Source of the DNA: Candidatus Omnitrophota bacterium
Lineage (GTDB): Bacteria; Omnitrophota; Gorgyraeia; Gygaellales; Profunditerraquicolaceae
DNA: 64,000 nt
Assembly: GCA_028716965.1 (NCBI GenBank)
Contig: JAQUOV010000001.1
Coordinates: forward strand, 134,448 to 198,447
Direction of reading: 5' to 3'
This document shows, piece by piece, positions 1-10,245 of this stretch. The position numbers and the translations under genes are program-made. The notes under the pieces are model-generated. The model saw only the letters and a list, made by a program, of their open reading frames with translations, was not told where the DNA came from and did no database searches. Numbering within the stretch: the first letter of the stretch is position 1; each line of letters begins with the position of its first letter.

Positions 1-672
1 AAATTCAAAATCCAACCTGCTATCAATATCTACTGATCTATCTTCCGGCATAATATAAGCATAGGTATTTCTTCCGATAAAAGTCCTATTTTTCTTGAGA
101 ATACTTACCTTTGTCAGATAAACAGCGCCATTAATCCGATAAAAATCCGGCAAAGCCTGTCTGTTCTTATGCAAATTGGCTACGCCCAAGAATTTCTTAA
201 TTCTTAGCTTTTTACCCAATGAAACTGACCACCAAGGATGATGCTCATTGCGACAAATAGAAATAACTGAAAAAGCTCTTTTCCGAAAGAATAATTCTAT
301 GGCATTATCAATATCCTCGGTTTTTCTAAGTGGTGATGTTGGTTGAAGCAATACAACCAAATCATAATCTTCATTCTTTTTACCAAGAAAACTTAAAACA
401 TGCAAAATAACATCAATCATATTGCTTGTAGAAGTTGCCAATCTTTTTGGACGAAGAAAAGATACGCAAGCCCTATATTTAATGGATATAGCGGCAATTT
501 TTTCATCATCTGTACTAACCAAAATCTTATCTAGATATTTGCTTTCCAATGCCTGAGAGATTGTCCAGGATATCAAAGGCCTTCCGCAAAAAGATAGAAT
601 ATTCTTCCCCGGCAGCCCCTTACTGCCGGCTCGCGCAGGAATAATCGCTAAAATCCGTTTATTTTTATACAT
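1..672 (-). CDS. Acylneuraminate (CMP-nonulosonate) cytidylyltransferase, NeuA/LegF-like. The C-terminus lies beyond the window start.
   Basis: The reverse complement of 600-672 translates to MYKNKRILAIIPARAGSKGLPGKN, the canonical CMP-NeuAc/KDO synthetase N-terminus. ATG is at 672..670. It is adjacent to NeuB and NeuC homologues. Confidence 0.8.
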   Translation of the reverse strand, partial: MYKNKRILAIIPARAGSKGLPGKNILSFCGRPLISWTISQALESKYLDKILVSTDDEKIAAISIKYRACVSFLRPKRLATSTSNMIDVILHVLSFLGKKNEDYDLVVLLQPTSPLRKTEDIDNAIELFFRKRAFSVISICRNEHHPWWSVSLGKKLRIKKFLGVANLHKNRQALPDFYRINGAVYLTKVSILKKNRTFIGRNTYAYIMPEDRSVDIDSRLDFEF

Positions 673-725
673 ATAAGATTTCCTCTGGTAGAAGCACCAC
701 ATGCGGCCAATGCGCTATCTCTGCT

Positions 726-1814
726 TTAGATTTTTTCATCTTTTGCCTGATCGCTTAAACTCTCAATACTTTTTTTATATTCTCCCCACTGCCCTAAGTC
801 AAGCCAGCCATTATGCACTGGATAAACCGAAACTTTGCCTTTTTTCGCAACCTCTTCAATCAAATGATTCATCTCCATAGGCTTGCCTTTAGGAATAAGT
901 TTTATGGAATCTGGTTCCAACAAGTATACGCCGGTATTAATTACCATGTCGTAATTAGGTTTCTCAATAAATTTCTTAAGCCTGCCCTCATCCATTTCAA
1001 GGATACCGTAAGGTATTTTTATTTCTTTATGGCACCCTACGAGAGTCATCATATTCCCTTGGCTGATATGCCACTTCAAAATATCCTGGTAATCCACATC
1101 TAACAATATGTCGCAATTTGTAACAAAAAAAGGTTCTTTGACCTTTCCGGCAAGCAGAGCCAAGCTGCCGGCGGTTCCGGTATACTCATTCTCCTCGACC
1201 CAATCAATTGCATAAGGAAATTTATTTTCTTTGAAGAATATTTTTATGTATTCCTTTTTATAATTGAGCGTAAAAATGAAATTTTTAAACCCTTTCTGAA
1301 AGAATTTATCCATAATAATTTCAATTACCGGCTTTTCCCCGATTGGGATTAACGGCTTTGGAAGCATCCGCGTAAACGGATCCAAGCGCGCGCCCTTGCC
1401 TCCTGCCATTATAACAACGGGATTTGAACAGCTCATAACGGGAATCTCCCTGGGGTTCTCGCCAAGGACATCCGTCCAGATGATCACATCTTCTATCGCT
1501 CCATCTTTACTGATAACGGGGACCTGTTCTACCTTATCTTTTAGCATGATCTCTTTTACGTGCTGCATAAGATTATGCATATCGCCTGCGACTTTGATAA
1601 AATCCGTATGCATAAGTTTCTTTACTTCATCGTTAAAAGCAAGCCCATGAATAATGCCCCGGCGGATATCTCCGTCAGTAATTGTACCAACAAGCCTGTT
1701 CCCTTTCTCAACGACGAATAATATCTGTTCGGCGGTATAATCAAGCTTCTGCATCGCTTCTTTTATGCTTATATTAGAAGAAATTAAAAGGGCCTGTAAT
1801 TTATTCTTTTCCAT
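726..1814 (-). CDS. CBS-pair plus sugar-phosphate nucleotidyltransferase (PtmE-like).
   Basis: An N-terminal CBS pair is followed by a nucleotidyltransferase core (VIMAGGKGARLDPFTRMLPKPLIPIG). This architecture matches the GDP-sugar-forming enzyme of legionaminic acid clusters. Confidence 0.7.
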   Translation of the reverse strand: MEKNKLQALLISSNISIKEAMQKLDYTAEQILFVVEKGNRLVGTITDGDIRRGIIHGLAFNDEVKKLMHTDFIKVAGDMHNLMQHVKEIMLKDKVEQVPVISKDGAIEDVIIWTDVLGENPREIPVMSCSNPVVIMAGGKGARLDPFTRMLPKPLIPIGEKPVIEIIMDKFFQKGFKNFIFTLNYKKEYIKIFFKENKFPYAIDWVEENEYTGTAGSLALLAGKVKEPFFVTNCDILLDVDYQDILKWHISQGNMMTLVGCHKEIKIPYGILEMDEGRLKKFIEKPNYDMVINTGVYLLEPDSIKLIPKGKPMEMNHLIEEVAKKGKVSVYPVHNGWLDLGQWGEYKKSIESLSDQAKDEKI

Positions 1815-1827
1815 AGTTTTATTTCCT

Positions 1828-3006
1828 TTATTTATCCTTCGCCTTGAGCGGTATATCGTAAAACTTCTTTGTTATTATGCCTTTAAGATCCTCATTCTTT
1901 AAAACCTTTACTATTCTTTTAGCAGTATTACCATCGCCATAAGGATTAACTACGCAGCGTAGAAGACGCTTAAATTCCGGAGAGTAAAGCTTTTTAAAAG
2001 CCTTTTTTATGCTTTTTACATCAGGGGGACAATCAATAATACTTTTTGCTCGTATCCTCCCGGCCTGACGGTCTCCGATATTTATCGTGCCAATCTTAAA
2101 AGTAGGGGCCTCGATAATGCCGCTAGAAGAATTTCCCACAACTGCATCGGCATATTTCATCGCTGAAAGATAACGCAGTTGCCCCATTGAGACAAACGCT
2201 TTCGCCTTACTGCGGTTGGTCGCCACATAGTCATCGATCATATGGTTGATCACGCGGCCGAATGTATCCGCATTCGCCTTTGTAAACAAGAGAGTTGTTT
2301 CTTTCATCTCATCCAAGGCCAATAAAAGTTTACCGAACTGTTCCCTTGATGTATTATCCTCAAGCGTAACCGGATGAAACGTAATAATAAGATTATGCTT
2401 ATTTAATTTGATGCCGGCCCATTCTTGAAACTCGCTTCTTGAAAATGGCTTCAAAGTCTTGATATTATCTATCCCCAATGCGCCAACTTTAAATACGCGA
2501 CTAGGATCTTCTCCAAGCTGAATGACTCTGCGCCTGTAATCCTCTATAGATGTAAAATGCAAAGAACTCATCTTGGTAATTGAATGCCTAAAAGCATCAT
2601 CTATGGCGCCCTCAGTAAGTTCTCCTCCATGAATATGCGCAATAGGAATCATCGCCACAAATGTCGCTATAGCTGCTGAATACGTTTCAAACCTATCGCC
2701 TAAAAGAATAACCAGATCCGGCTTTAATCGCTTAAAAACAGAAGCAAAACCAATCACGGCCATGCCTAATGATTTTGTAATGCCTTCGGGAGTATCACTA
2801 TCTAATGGAATCTTTACCCTTTCATTGATCTTGAAACCATCGCGCAATATCTCTTTGTATGTTAAACCATACATGGAAGACAAATGCATCCCTGTTGCAA
2901 TAATTTGCAAATGAAATACAGGTGTTTTCCTTATCTCCCCAAGCAAAGGATAGAGCAAACCATACTCAGCTCTGCTACCTGTAACAACACAAATAGTCTT
3001 TTTCAT
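1828..3006 (-). CDS. neuC: UDP-N-acetylglucosamine 2-epimerase (hydrolysing), NeuC/LegG family.
   Basis: VVTGSRAEYGLLYPLL...HIHGGE... is typical of the NeuC family. It overlaps the start of neuB. Confidence 0.8.
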   Translation of the reverse strand: MKKTICVVTGSRAEYGLLYPLLGEIRKTPVFHLQIIATGMHLSSMYGLTYKEILRDGFKINERVKIPLDSDTPEGITKSLGMAVIGFASVFKRLKPDLVILLGDRFETYSAAIATFVAMIPIAHIHGGELTEGAIDDAFRHSITKMSSLHFTSIEDYRRRVIQLGEDPSRVFKVGALGIDNIKTLKPFSRSEFQEWAGIKLNKHNLIITFHPVTLEDNTSREQFGKLLLALDEMKETTLLFTKANADTFGRVINHMIDDYVATNRSKAKAFVSMGQLRYLSAMKYADAVVGNSSSGIIEAPTFKIGTINIGDRQAGRIRAKSIIDCPPDVKSIKKAFKKLYSPEFKRLLRCVVNPYGDGNTAKRIVKVLKNEDLKGIITKKFYDIPLKAKDK

Positions 3007-4031
3007 ATAGATATTAACTCGTCTTGATAAAAATCTTTTTTCGCAACCCTACCCAATACAACATACCATTGCATGGGGCTTACTCCTATGCCTGGCCTTT
3101 TAGCCGCAAGATTTCTTTCAGTAAAATGTTCTCCCTTTTTAATATTCACCCTGGCGACAATGCTTTTTCGTACCACGCCAATGTTGTCCTTTTCGGATGT
3201 CGATGCCCGCTTAACACCAGAACCCATTGCTTCTTCAACATTACGTATAGCATTCACCATGCGTTTTAATTCATCAGGCTCAAGGCTGGCTCTATGATCG
3301 GGCCCCGGCATTTTTCTATCTAAGGTAAAATGTTTTTCAATCACAACGGCGCCAAGGGCTGTAGCAGCAATAGCTGCCTCAATCCCCCGGGTATGGTCGG
3401 AATAACCAATATCTACACCTAATACCTTCTTTATTGTTAACATTGCCAATAAATTCACATCTTTAAAGGGCGTTGGATACTCAGTATTACAGTGCAAAAC
3501 TACAATATCTTTCTTTCTCGTCCCTCTTTTTACTAAAACATTGAGAGCATCTTCTATTTCTGCCAGAGTTGCCATTCCCGTTGACATAATAATTTTCTTC
3601 CGTAAAGATCCTATCTTACGTAAATAAGGCAAGTTAGTTATTTCCCCTGAAGGTATTTTCAATATCCTTAGCCCCAAACGCGCCAAGAAATCAATACTCT
3701 CTAAATCAAATGGTGAAGAAATAAACATTAATTTCTTTGATCGGCAATATTTTATCAATTCTTTATGGTCATTTCGGCTAAGCTCTAGTTTCTTTATCAT
3801 CTCCAACTGGCTTTCATCCCTACCCGTGGTTTTTACTTGATACATGGCTTTAGGCGCAAACTTTGAAACTAGTGAATGTGCGTTAAAAGTCTGGAATTTA
3901 ATCGCATCGGCACCGGCCATCACCGCCACATCCACTAACCTTTTTGCGGTTTTGAGCGAACCATTGTGATTCACACCCGCTTCAGCAATAATAAAAACCT
4001 TGGCCATAATACTTTTATTCCTTATATTCAA
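3003..4031 (-). CDS. neuB: N-acetylneuraminate (nonulosonate) synthase, NeuB/LegI family.
   Basis: AKVFIIAEAGVNHNGSLKTAKRLVDVA...KFQTF is the NeuB TIM-barrel N-terminus. An SAF-like C-terminus is present. Confidence 0.85.
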   Translation of the reverse strand: MNIRNKSIMAKVFIIAEAGVNHNGSLKTAKRLVDVAVMAGADAIKFQTFNAHSLVSKFAPKAMYQVKTTGRDESQLEMIKKLELSRNDHKELIKYCRSKKLMFISSPFDLESIDFLARLGLRILKIPSGEITNLPYLRKIGSLRKKIIMSTGMATLAEIEDALNVLVKRGTRKKDIVVLHCNTEYPTPFKDVNLLAMLTIKKVLGVDIGYSDHTRGIEAAIAATALGAVVIEKHFTLDRKMPGPDHRASLEPDELKRMVNAIRNVEEAMGSGVKRASTSEKDNIGVVRKSIVARVNIKKGEHFTERNLAAKRPGIGVSPMQWYVVLGRVAKKDFYQDELISI

Positions 4032-4680
4032 AACGGTAACCGGACATCTGGATATAGGCCTTTGGCATATTCGGAAAGTTTGTTGCCTTTATGCGCTTTT
4101 TTACCTCTATGGGAGACATTCTATTTCGAATCCTGCATAATTCATTAAGTTCTTGGCGGGTATAAAGACGCCGACTCCACTTCTTGTTGCTCTTTGGTAA
4201 TTTCCCATATTTAATATAATAGTCAAGTACATCATAGAACAATTTGAGTGCTTGCTTATAGCATTTCTGTGTTAAAGAAAATAAAGTATCTTCAGGTAAA
4301 ATCGGAAAATACCTTACATTAATTATTTCTCCTGAATCAACTTTGGGCTCCATGAAATGAGCCGTAACTCCATACTTAGTTTCGTTATTATAAATTGCAA
4401 AATTTGTGCACCCAATACCCCGATACTCCGGAGGCCCGGGGTGAAAATTAACAGCAAACTCTTTTATCCTCAAGAGCATCTTTTGTGGAATTATCCAAGG
4501 AGACATGTATGAAAAACAAATATCATATTTGCCACTGTAGGCTTGTTCCGGAAACTTGTCTCCTACGCTGCCCTTAAATACCCTTACATTAGCAAAATTG
4601 CTCTTTAGATAACTTATAACATCTGTTAAGCCGTATTTATCTTTTGCAAAAACAATAATACTTTTATCTAACATTGGCAT
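4015..4680 (-). CDS. Formyltransferase-family protein (Fmt N-terminal-domain-like); candidate sugar N-formyltransferase.
   Basis: NFHPGPPEYRGIGCTNFAIYNNETKYGVTAHFMEPKVDSGEII matches the formyl-transferase motif HxSLLPxxRG...TGVT.H.M...D.G.I. It occupies the slot where Leg/Pse clusters carry an N-acetyltransferase. Confidence 0.6.
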   Translation of the reverse strand: MPMLDKSIIVFAKDKYGLTDVISYLKSNFANVRVFKGSVGDKFPEQAYSGKYDICFSYMSPWIIPQKMLLRIKEFAVNFHPGPPEYRGIGCTNFAIYNNETKYGVTAHFMEPKVDSGEIINVRYFPILPEDTLFSLTQKCYKQALKLFYDVLDYYIKYGKLPKSNKKWSRRLYTRQELNELCRIRNRMSPIEVKKRIKATNFPNMPKAYIQMSGYRFEYKE

Positions 4681-4741
4681 TAAAACTTTTCAATACATAC
4701 TTATTTTTTATGTCTCTATCTGCCCGATATCAATCAAATTG

Positions 4742-5911
4742 TTAATTCCTTGCTGCTAAATTAGAAATGACTGAAGCAATTTGCCTTATCTGTTTTTCCT
4801 GCAAGCTGGTACTGCAGGGTAAATTCAAAACTCTTTTCCAGAACCACTGCGCCTTTTTAACCTTATAAGACTGATGCTTACGGTAAGGATACTGCAAATG
4901 GTTCAAATACCAGACCGGACGGGTCTGAATATTCTTTTCTGTTAAACAATCCATTAACTTCTCCCGGCCCATTCCGTATTCTTTCTCATCCACCAGTAAT
5001 GAATAAAACCAGTAGTTGGGAGATGTGCCTTTGGGTATCCCCAACATTTTAATCCCCCTTGCCGGCTTAAGCAGCTTGCAATATAATTCATAGTTGCGTT
5101 TCTTAATCCTTATAAACTTTTTTAACTGTTCAAGCTGCGCCAGCCCCAGCGCAGCTTGCAGGTTAGTCAGGCGGAAATTATAACCGATCTCCTGATGAAT
5201 ACTTCTTACCGGATCATCCTTAGCCTGATTAGTCAAATACCTTGCTTTCTCCGCTAAAAGCCTGTTACCGGTCACAATCATCCCTCCGCCGCCGGTAGTA
5301 ATTATCTTGTTCCCATTGAACGAAAAAACCCCCATATCCCCGATTGTGCCTGTAAATTTATTTTTGTAATCGCCCGAAATATAACGCGAGCCTAAACTTT
5401 CAGTGGCATCCTCTATAACTTTTAGCCGGAAGGTTCTAGCGACACTCATTATCTCCTGCATATCACAGGGATTGCCAAAAACATGCACCGGGACTACGGC
5501 TTTTATCGTTCTGCCCGTGCCTTTATTTACTAAACCCCTCCTAGTAACCCTGCACTCTTTAACACAAAACTCCCTTAATTTGACGGGGTCAATATTCATA
5601 TAATCATCGCAATCCATAAAAACCGGCTCTGCCCCAAGGTACTTAACTGCATTGGCGGGGGCAATAAAGGTAAGCGCAGGCACAATTACCTCATTGCCTC
5701 TTTGCACCCCAGAAAGCTTAAAGGCAACCTGTAGCCCGGATGTGCCGTTTACACAGGCAACGGCATATTTGGATTTAACATAATCGCAAACAGCTCCTTC
5801 AAACTTTTCCACAAAGCTGCCTGCCGAAGAAACCCAGTTGGTAGAAATGCATTTCTTCAAATACTCTAGTTCCCTGCCTTTTAAATTAGGTACAGAAAGC
5901 GGTATAGTCAT
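4742..5911 (-). CDS. DegT/DnrJ/EryC1/StrS-family PLP-dependent sugar aminotransferase (LegC/PseC/Per-like).
   Basis: The N-terminal LSVPNLKGRELEYLKKCISTNWVSS and the overall fold-type-I aminotransferase pattern. Confidence 0.8.
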   Translation of the reverse strand: MTIPLSVPNLKGRELEYLKKCISTNWVSSAGSFVEKFEGAVCDYVKSKYAVACVNGTSGLQVAFKLSGVQRGNEVIVPALTFIAPANAVKYLGAEPVFMDCDDYMNIDPVKLREFCVKECRVTRRGLVNKGTGRTIKAVVPVHVFGNPCDMQEIMSVARTFRLKVIEDATESLGSRYISGDYKNKFTGTIGDMGVFSFNGNKIITTGGGGMIVTGNRLLAEKARYLTNQAKDDPVRSIHQEIGYNFRLTNLQAALGLAQLEQLKKFIRIKKRNYELYCKLLKPARGIKMLGIPKGTSPNYWFYSLLVDEKEYGMGREKLMDCLTEKNIQTRPVWYLNHLQYPYRKHQSYKVKKAQWFWKRVLNLPCSTSLQEKQIRQIASVISNLAARN

Positions 5912-5919
5912 GGACTTAT

Positions 5920-6915
5920 TTAAACATTATAAATACCGGATTTATATTTCTCGTTATTCTGCTTAAACCAAGCAATTGTTTTCTTAAGGCCGCTTTCCAG
6001 GGTATATTCCGGAGACCATCCTAAAAACTTTTTAGCCTTGGAATTGTCCGCCATCAGCCTGTCAACTTCGCTTTTTAACGGCCTTTTACGCCTGGCGTCT
6101 TCATCAATTTTAATATCCACCCCTATGATTTTTGCAATCAGATACGCTAAATCGCGAATGGAAATCTCGCTTTTATTACCTAAATTAATCACCTCACCTA
6201 TACTGCTCTTTGATTCAGCGGCCATGATGAAACCCCGGACCGTATCCGCAACATAGGTCAAGTCTCTGGTAGGATCCAAAGAGCCGAGCCTGATTTTCTT
6301 CGATCCGGAAAGGATTTGCGTAATAATTGTCGGAGTTACTGCCCGCGCCGACTGCCTTGGGCCATAAGTATTAAAAGGCCTGACAATAGCAACCGGAAGG
6401 CCAAATGATTTATAAAAAGATATCCCCAGGACATCCGCGGCAGACTTGCTTGCCGCATAAGGTGATTGCGGGCTGATGGGATGCGCCTCATTAATCGGGA
6501 CAAATTGCGCGCTGCCGTATATCTCGCTGGTAGAAGTAAGCACGACTTTTTTTACCCCGAAATCAAGCGCTGACTGCAAAATATTCAAGGTTCCCTTAAT
6601 ATTAGTATCTACGTAGGCCTCGGGAGAATGATAAGAATACGGAATACCGATTAAAGCCGCAAGATGAAAAACTGTTTCTACGTCGGCCATGGCATTGCGG
6701 ACAATATCGGCATCCCGGATATCTCCGGAAATTACCTCTATATTAGCTTTACATTCCGAAGAATCCAGCCAGCCCCAGGAATTCCTGGAATTGTAATGGA
6801 CAAAGGCCTTCACCGTATACCCCAAAGAGGATAATTCCTCGGTCAAATGGCTGCCGATAAAACCTCCTGCTCCTGTTACCAATACCTTCTTTTTAGTAAG
6901 CTTATTTTTTCGCAT
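5920..6915 (-). CDS. NAD-dependent epimerase/dehydratase (extended SDR); candidate nucleotide-sugar 4,6-dehydratase (LegB/PseB-like).
   Basis: A VLVTGAGGFIGSHL Rossmann motif, YAASK catalytic motif, and a length of about 330 aa. Confidence 0.6.
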   Translation of the reverse strand: MRKNKLTKKKVLVTGAGGFIGSHLTEELSSLGYTVKAFVHYNSRNSWGWLDSSECKANIEVISGDIRDADIVRNAMADVETVFHLAALIGIPYSYHSPEAYVDTNIKGTLNILQSALDFGVKKVVLTSTSEIYGSAQFVPINEAHPISPQSPYAASKSAADVLGISFYKSFGLPVAIVRPFNTYGPRQSARAVTPTIITQILSGSKKIRLGSLDPTRDLTYVADTVRGFIMAAESKSSIGEVINLGNKSEISIRDLAYLIAKIIGVDIKIDEDARRKRPLKSEVDRLMADNSKAKKFLGWSPEYTLESGLKKTIAWFKQNNEKYKSGIYNV

Positions 6916-6918
6916 GAG

Positions 6919-8049
6919 TTATCTTCCTTTGATATAATTAAAACTCTTTTGGCGGCAGATCTCTAACCCCTCTCCGGGAGCCTTTACGCCTGCTGCCCTA
7001 AAGTCGTAATCAACCATGATCTTGACCAGGCCGTCAAACTTGACCCTGGGCTGCCAGGAAAGTTTTTGTTTTGCCTTGGTAATATCCGCGCAAAGATAAT
7101 GCACTTCATTGGGCCGGAAATATTGCTGGTCAATCTCGATTATTACACTTCCTTTTTTAAGGAATCCCGGCAATTTTACTTTTGTATTCAAGGCATCAAC
7201 TATCCCTTTAGTTTTAATCCCTTTTCCTTGCCAACAGATAGCAATACCTGCGTATGCAAAAGCCTTTTCAACGAACTCGCGCACTGAATGCGATTCGGAG
7301 GTACCTATCACATAATCATCCGGTTTCTCCTGCTGCAGCATCTTCCACATAACCTGGCAATATTCCGGGGCAAAACCCCAATCGCGCTTTGCTTCCAGAT
7401 TGCCCAAATAAAGCTTTTTTTGCTTGCCCGCCATTATATTGGCAAGGCCGCGGGTAATCTTGCGGGTAACGAATGTTTCGCCGCGCCGGGGGCTTTCATG
7501 ATTAAAGAGTATCCCATTGCAAGCAAACAGGCCATATCCTTCGCGGTAGTTTTTTACCATCCAATAAGCATAAACCTTTGCGCAGGCATAAGGGCTTTGG
7601 GGCTGAAAAGCGGTATCTTCTGACTGCGGAGCCATAGCCGCGCCGAACATTTCGCTGGAGGATGCCTGATAAAATTTTATTTTATGCCCGCTTCTTCTTA
7701 TCGCCTCAAGCAGCCTTACAGTACCCAAAGCCGTAACATTACCGGTATATTCAGGGATATCAAAACTTACGCGCACGTGAGACTGGGCGCCGAGATGATA
7801 AATCTCATCCGGCTTAATATTATATATTAAGTTACTGATTTGTTCAGCGTCAGACAAATCTCCAAAATGAAGAAATAGCCTGGCCTTAGGTTCATGCGGG
7901 TCTATAAAGATAGGGTCAATGCGCACAGTGTTAAAAGTACTGGCGCGGCGGATTATCCCATGTACTTGGTAACCTTTAGAAAGCAGAAATTCCGCCAAAT
8001 ACGAACCATCCTGCCCGGTAATCCCGGTGATTAACGCTTTCTTAGTCAT
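6919..8049 (-). CDS. gmd: GDP-mannose 4,6-dehydratase.
   Basis: [40 protein letters not shown] and [10 protein letters not shown] are hallmark Gmd blocks. Confidence 0.85.
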   Translation of the reverse strand: MTKKALITGITGQDGSYLAEFLLSKGYQVHGIIRRASTFNTVRIDPIFIDPHEPKARLFLHFGDLSDAEQISNLIYNIKPDEIYHLGAQSHVRVSFDIPEYTGNVTALGTVRLLEAIRRSGHKIKFYQASSSEMFGAAMAPQSEDTAFQPQSPYACAKVYAYWMVKNYREGYGLFACNGILFNHESPRRGETFVTRKITRGLANIMAGKQKKLYLGNLEAKRDWGFAPEYCQVMWKMLQQEKPDDYVIGTSESHSVREFVEKAFAYAGIAICWQGKGIKTKGIVDALNTKVKLPGFLKKGSVIIEIDQQYFRPNEVHYLCADITKAKQKLSWQPRVKFDGLVKIMVDYDFRAAGVKAPGEGLEICRQKSFNYIKGR

Positions 8050-8054
8050 CTCTA

Positions 8055-9077
8055 CTATCTGCCTTTCCGGGATTCCTGCAAGAATACCGCAAGCACCCCT
8101 GATAATAACCCCATAGCTGTGAATAAACCCAGAGTCTTCATTTTCTTTGAGCTTACTGGCATAGGAGAAAGTTTCGGCTGAGAAAGAATTTTTACGCTTG
8201 GAATATAATCCACGAGGGAATTTAAATTATCTATCTCTGTCTGAAAATTTCTTATCTCAGAATTAACCTTCTCAAGTTCAACTGCCAAGCTTGACTTGCT
8301 AAGCGATAACTTTACGAGTTGCTTATTAATCCAAGTTAAATAATTTGCATTGCTCTCAACCTGGCTTGCAAGAAGCAAGGTAGTACTGTCCTCTGTATCC
8401 GCGTTAGTTTTTAAAAACTTTTGGCGCTTTTCTAATATCTGTGTTGTATCTATATCAATAAAGTTTTTTTTCTCTATTAACTTATTCTCTTCGTAAATTA
8501 TTTCATTCATCCGCTTCCGCAAATCACTGGCCTTTTCTTTTGCGCCGGCAATATTATTTTCGTTAAAGCTGATTTTAGCGGCAATACGGGCCTTTTCGAC
8601 CTCAGCGTTCTTAGCGCAATCTTGAGATATTATCTCGGCCAAATTTTGTAAAATTATTCCTCCGGACTCTTTTTCTTTACCTCCCAGATCAATGCTAACC
8701 TGCAAAATACTGGTTTTATCCAGGATAGCCACATTAAAAACCCAATCAATCTTTTTAAGATCAAGGTTTAATCTTTCCCTTAGAGCCCAATTAAAGGAGT
8801 TATTTACAATCAAACCCTTTAAATCCTTGGCAGATTTACAATTATCCCTGCCGTCGGATGCCTCTCCCGTGCCTGAAAAGTGGAGAAAAAATGACGTCCT
8901 GTACACTTCCGGAGAAGTAAATAAACACCAGAGCCCTACACCAAACACAAATAGAAATACTACAAAAAATGTTGCTTTATGCTTAACAACCAGATGGGCA
9001 GACTGGAATAAATCTATCTCCGGGCCTGCATAATCCTGTTGCTTCTTTCCCCCTTTGTTGGTACCTTCTATTTTCAT
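8055..9077 (-). CDS. Wzz-like polysaccharide co-polymerase (chain-length determinant).
   Basis: There is a transmembrane segment near residue 40 and another at the extreme C-terminus, with a long coiled-coil periplasmic region between them. The size fits PCP-1. Confidence 0.55.
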   Translation of the reverse strand: MKIEGTNKGGKKQQDYAGPEIDLFQSAHLVVKHKATFFVVFLFVFGVGLWCLFTSPEVYRTSFFLHFSGTGEASDGRDNCKSAKDLKGLIVNNSFNWALRERLNLDLKKIDWVFNVAILDKTSILQVSIDLGGKEKESGGIILQNLAEIISQDCAKNAEVEKARIAAKISFNENNIAGAKEKASDLRKRMNEIIYEENKLIEKKNFIDIDTTQILEKRQKFLKTNADTEDSTTLLLASQVESNANYLTWINKQLVKLSLSKSSLAVELEKVNSEIRNFQTEIDNLNSLVDYIPSVKILSQPKLSPMPVSSKKMKTLGLFTAMGLLSGVLAVFLQESRKGR

Positions 9078-9430
9078 GCCTGTTTATTACCAGTAACAAT
9101 ATCCCCATTAGATGCTAACTGCTCCCACTCCTGCTTTAATTTATAATATTCGGCCTCTTTCTCTTTCAGGAAATGCTGGGTAACGCTGATTTTATACTCC
9201 AGGCCTTTTTTGGTAAGATGATATTGTATTTTACTTAACTTGCCGGGGTTGTCGGTAAAGTTCTTTACTTCAACCAAACCCTTCTTGATGAGCTCTTTGA
9301 GGAGGTAGTTGACCTTGCCTAAAGAAATAGTCAGCTTCATAGAAAGCTCCCGCTGCGTAACAGCAGGTTGAGACTCTATCTCCTTGATAATGATAAGGTT
9401 TTCTTCCTTTAAAACTGGCTGTTCAGACAT
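9074..9430 (-). CDS. Winged-helix transcriptional regulator, EPS-associated MarR-like.
   Basis: A 118-aa protein with LTQRELSMKLTISLGKVNYLLKELIKKGLV, a wHTH pattern. It is embedded in the glycan locus. Confidence 0.5.
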   Translation of the reverse strand: MSEQPVLKEENLIIIKEIESQPAVTQRELSMKLTISLGKVNYLLKELIKKGLVEVKNFTDNPGKLSKIQYHLTKKGLEYKISVTQHFLKEKEAEYYKLKQEWEQLASNGDIVTGNKQA

Positions 9431-9486
9431 TGAACAGATATTTTAATACTCAGAAAGGAAAAGTCAAGTGTTTTATGAGATTTTTC

Positions 9487-10245
9487 TTAGAAAGGAATGG
9501 AAATACCGGCTTCAATTGCCTGGTCTTTTTGGCGGGATTTCAGTCTTATAAAGGCCTCTGCGTCAATGGCTTTAAGGAATTTATGTGTCATTGTAAGAGT
9601 TATACCTAAAGGCTGGCCAAACTCGTTTCTTAGGGCAAAAATAACCTTATTACGGCCAAAAGTTACCTCTGCCCCAAACTCTATAGCCCTAACCCTCCCC
9701 TGGCCATAATCCATCTGGAAAGTTAGCCCTAAATTACGGCCAAACTTCCATTCTCCGTAGAGGATAATTATCTGACCTGGGCCGCTTAAGCGGCTTTTAC
9801 GGGTGCCTATGCCTATACGATAGCGGATCTCTCCTTTTTTAGGATAAAGTGTGGGTGATTCAAGTTGAACTTTAAACTCAAAGCGCGAGGTTGAACTGCC
9901 TTCTAAAGCATAGACAAGCTTGTTAGCTGAAGATATATTCCAGTGGCCTTTAAAGGTTAATACATCAGGGCCTTCGCCGCAATTATATTCAATTTGCTGG
10001 TTTTTGTTGACTTCCCAAGTGCCTTTGAAGGTATATTTATCAGGTTTAGGCCGGCCCCTGCTGGCTGCTGCCTCAAAGACCAGTTCATTGTATTCATTGG
10101 CGCGCCAGGCGCCTTTAAGCTTGACTACACGCAGCCGCTGGCGGTGGATTCTGGAGATAGTTTGGATGGTTTCAATAACCAGGGTGTCAGATTCAACAGC
10201 GATAAAGCGTTTACGCAAGCTATTTCTTGGCTTAATGGATTTCAT
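9487..10245 (-). CDS. Hypothetical beta-repeat protein. It overlaps the GME start by 14 nt.
   Basis: It has internal repeats of the type TFKG[TH]W...Y and ends in Phe. I could not recognise a domain. Confidence 0.4.
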   Translation of the reverse strand: MKSIKPRNSLRKRFIAVESDTLVIETIQTISRIHRQRLRVVKLKGAWRANEYNELVFEAAASRGRPKPDKYTFKGTWEVNKNQQIEYNCGEGPDVLTFKGHWNISSANKLVYALEGSSTSRFEFKVQLESPTLYPKKGEIRYRIGIGTRKSRLSGPGQIIILYGEWKFGRNLGLTFQMDYGQGRVRAIEFGAEVTFGRNKVIFALRNEFGQPLGITLTMTHKFLKAIDAEAFIRLKSRQKDQAIEAGISIPF

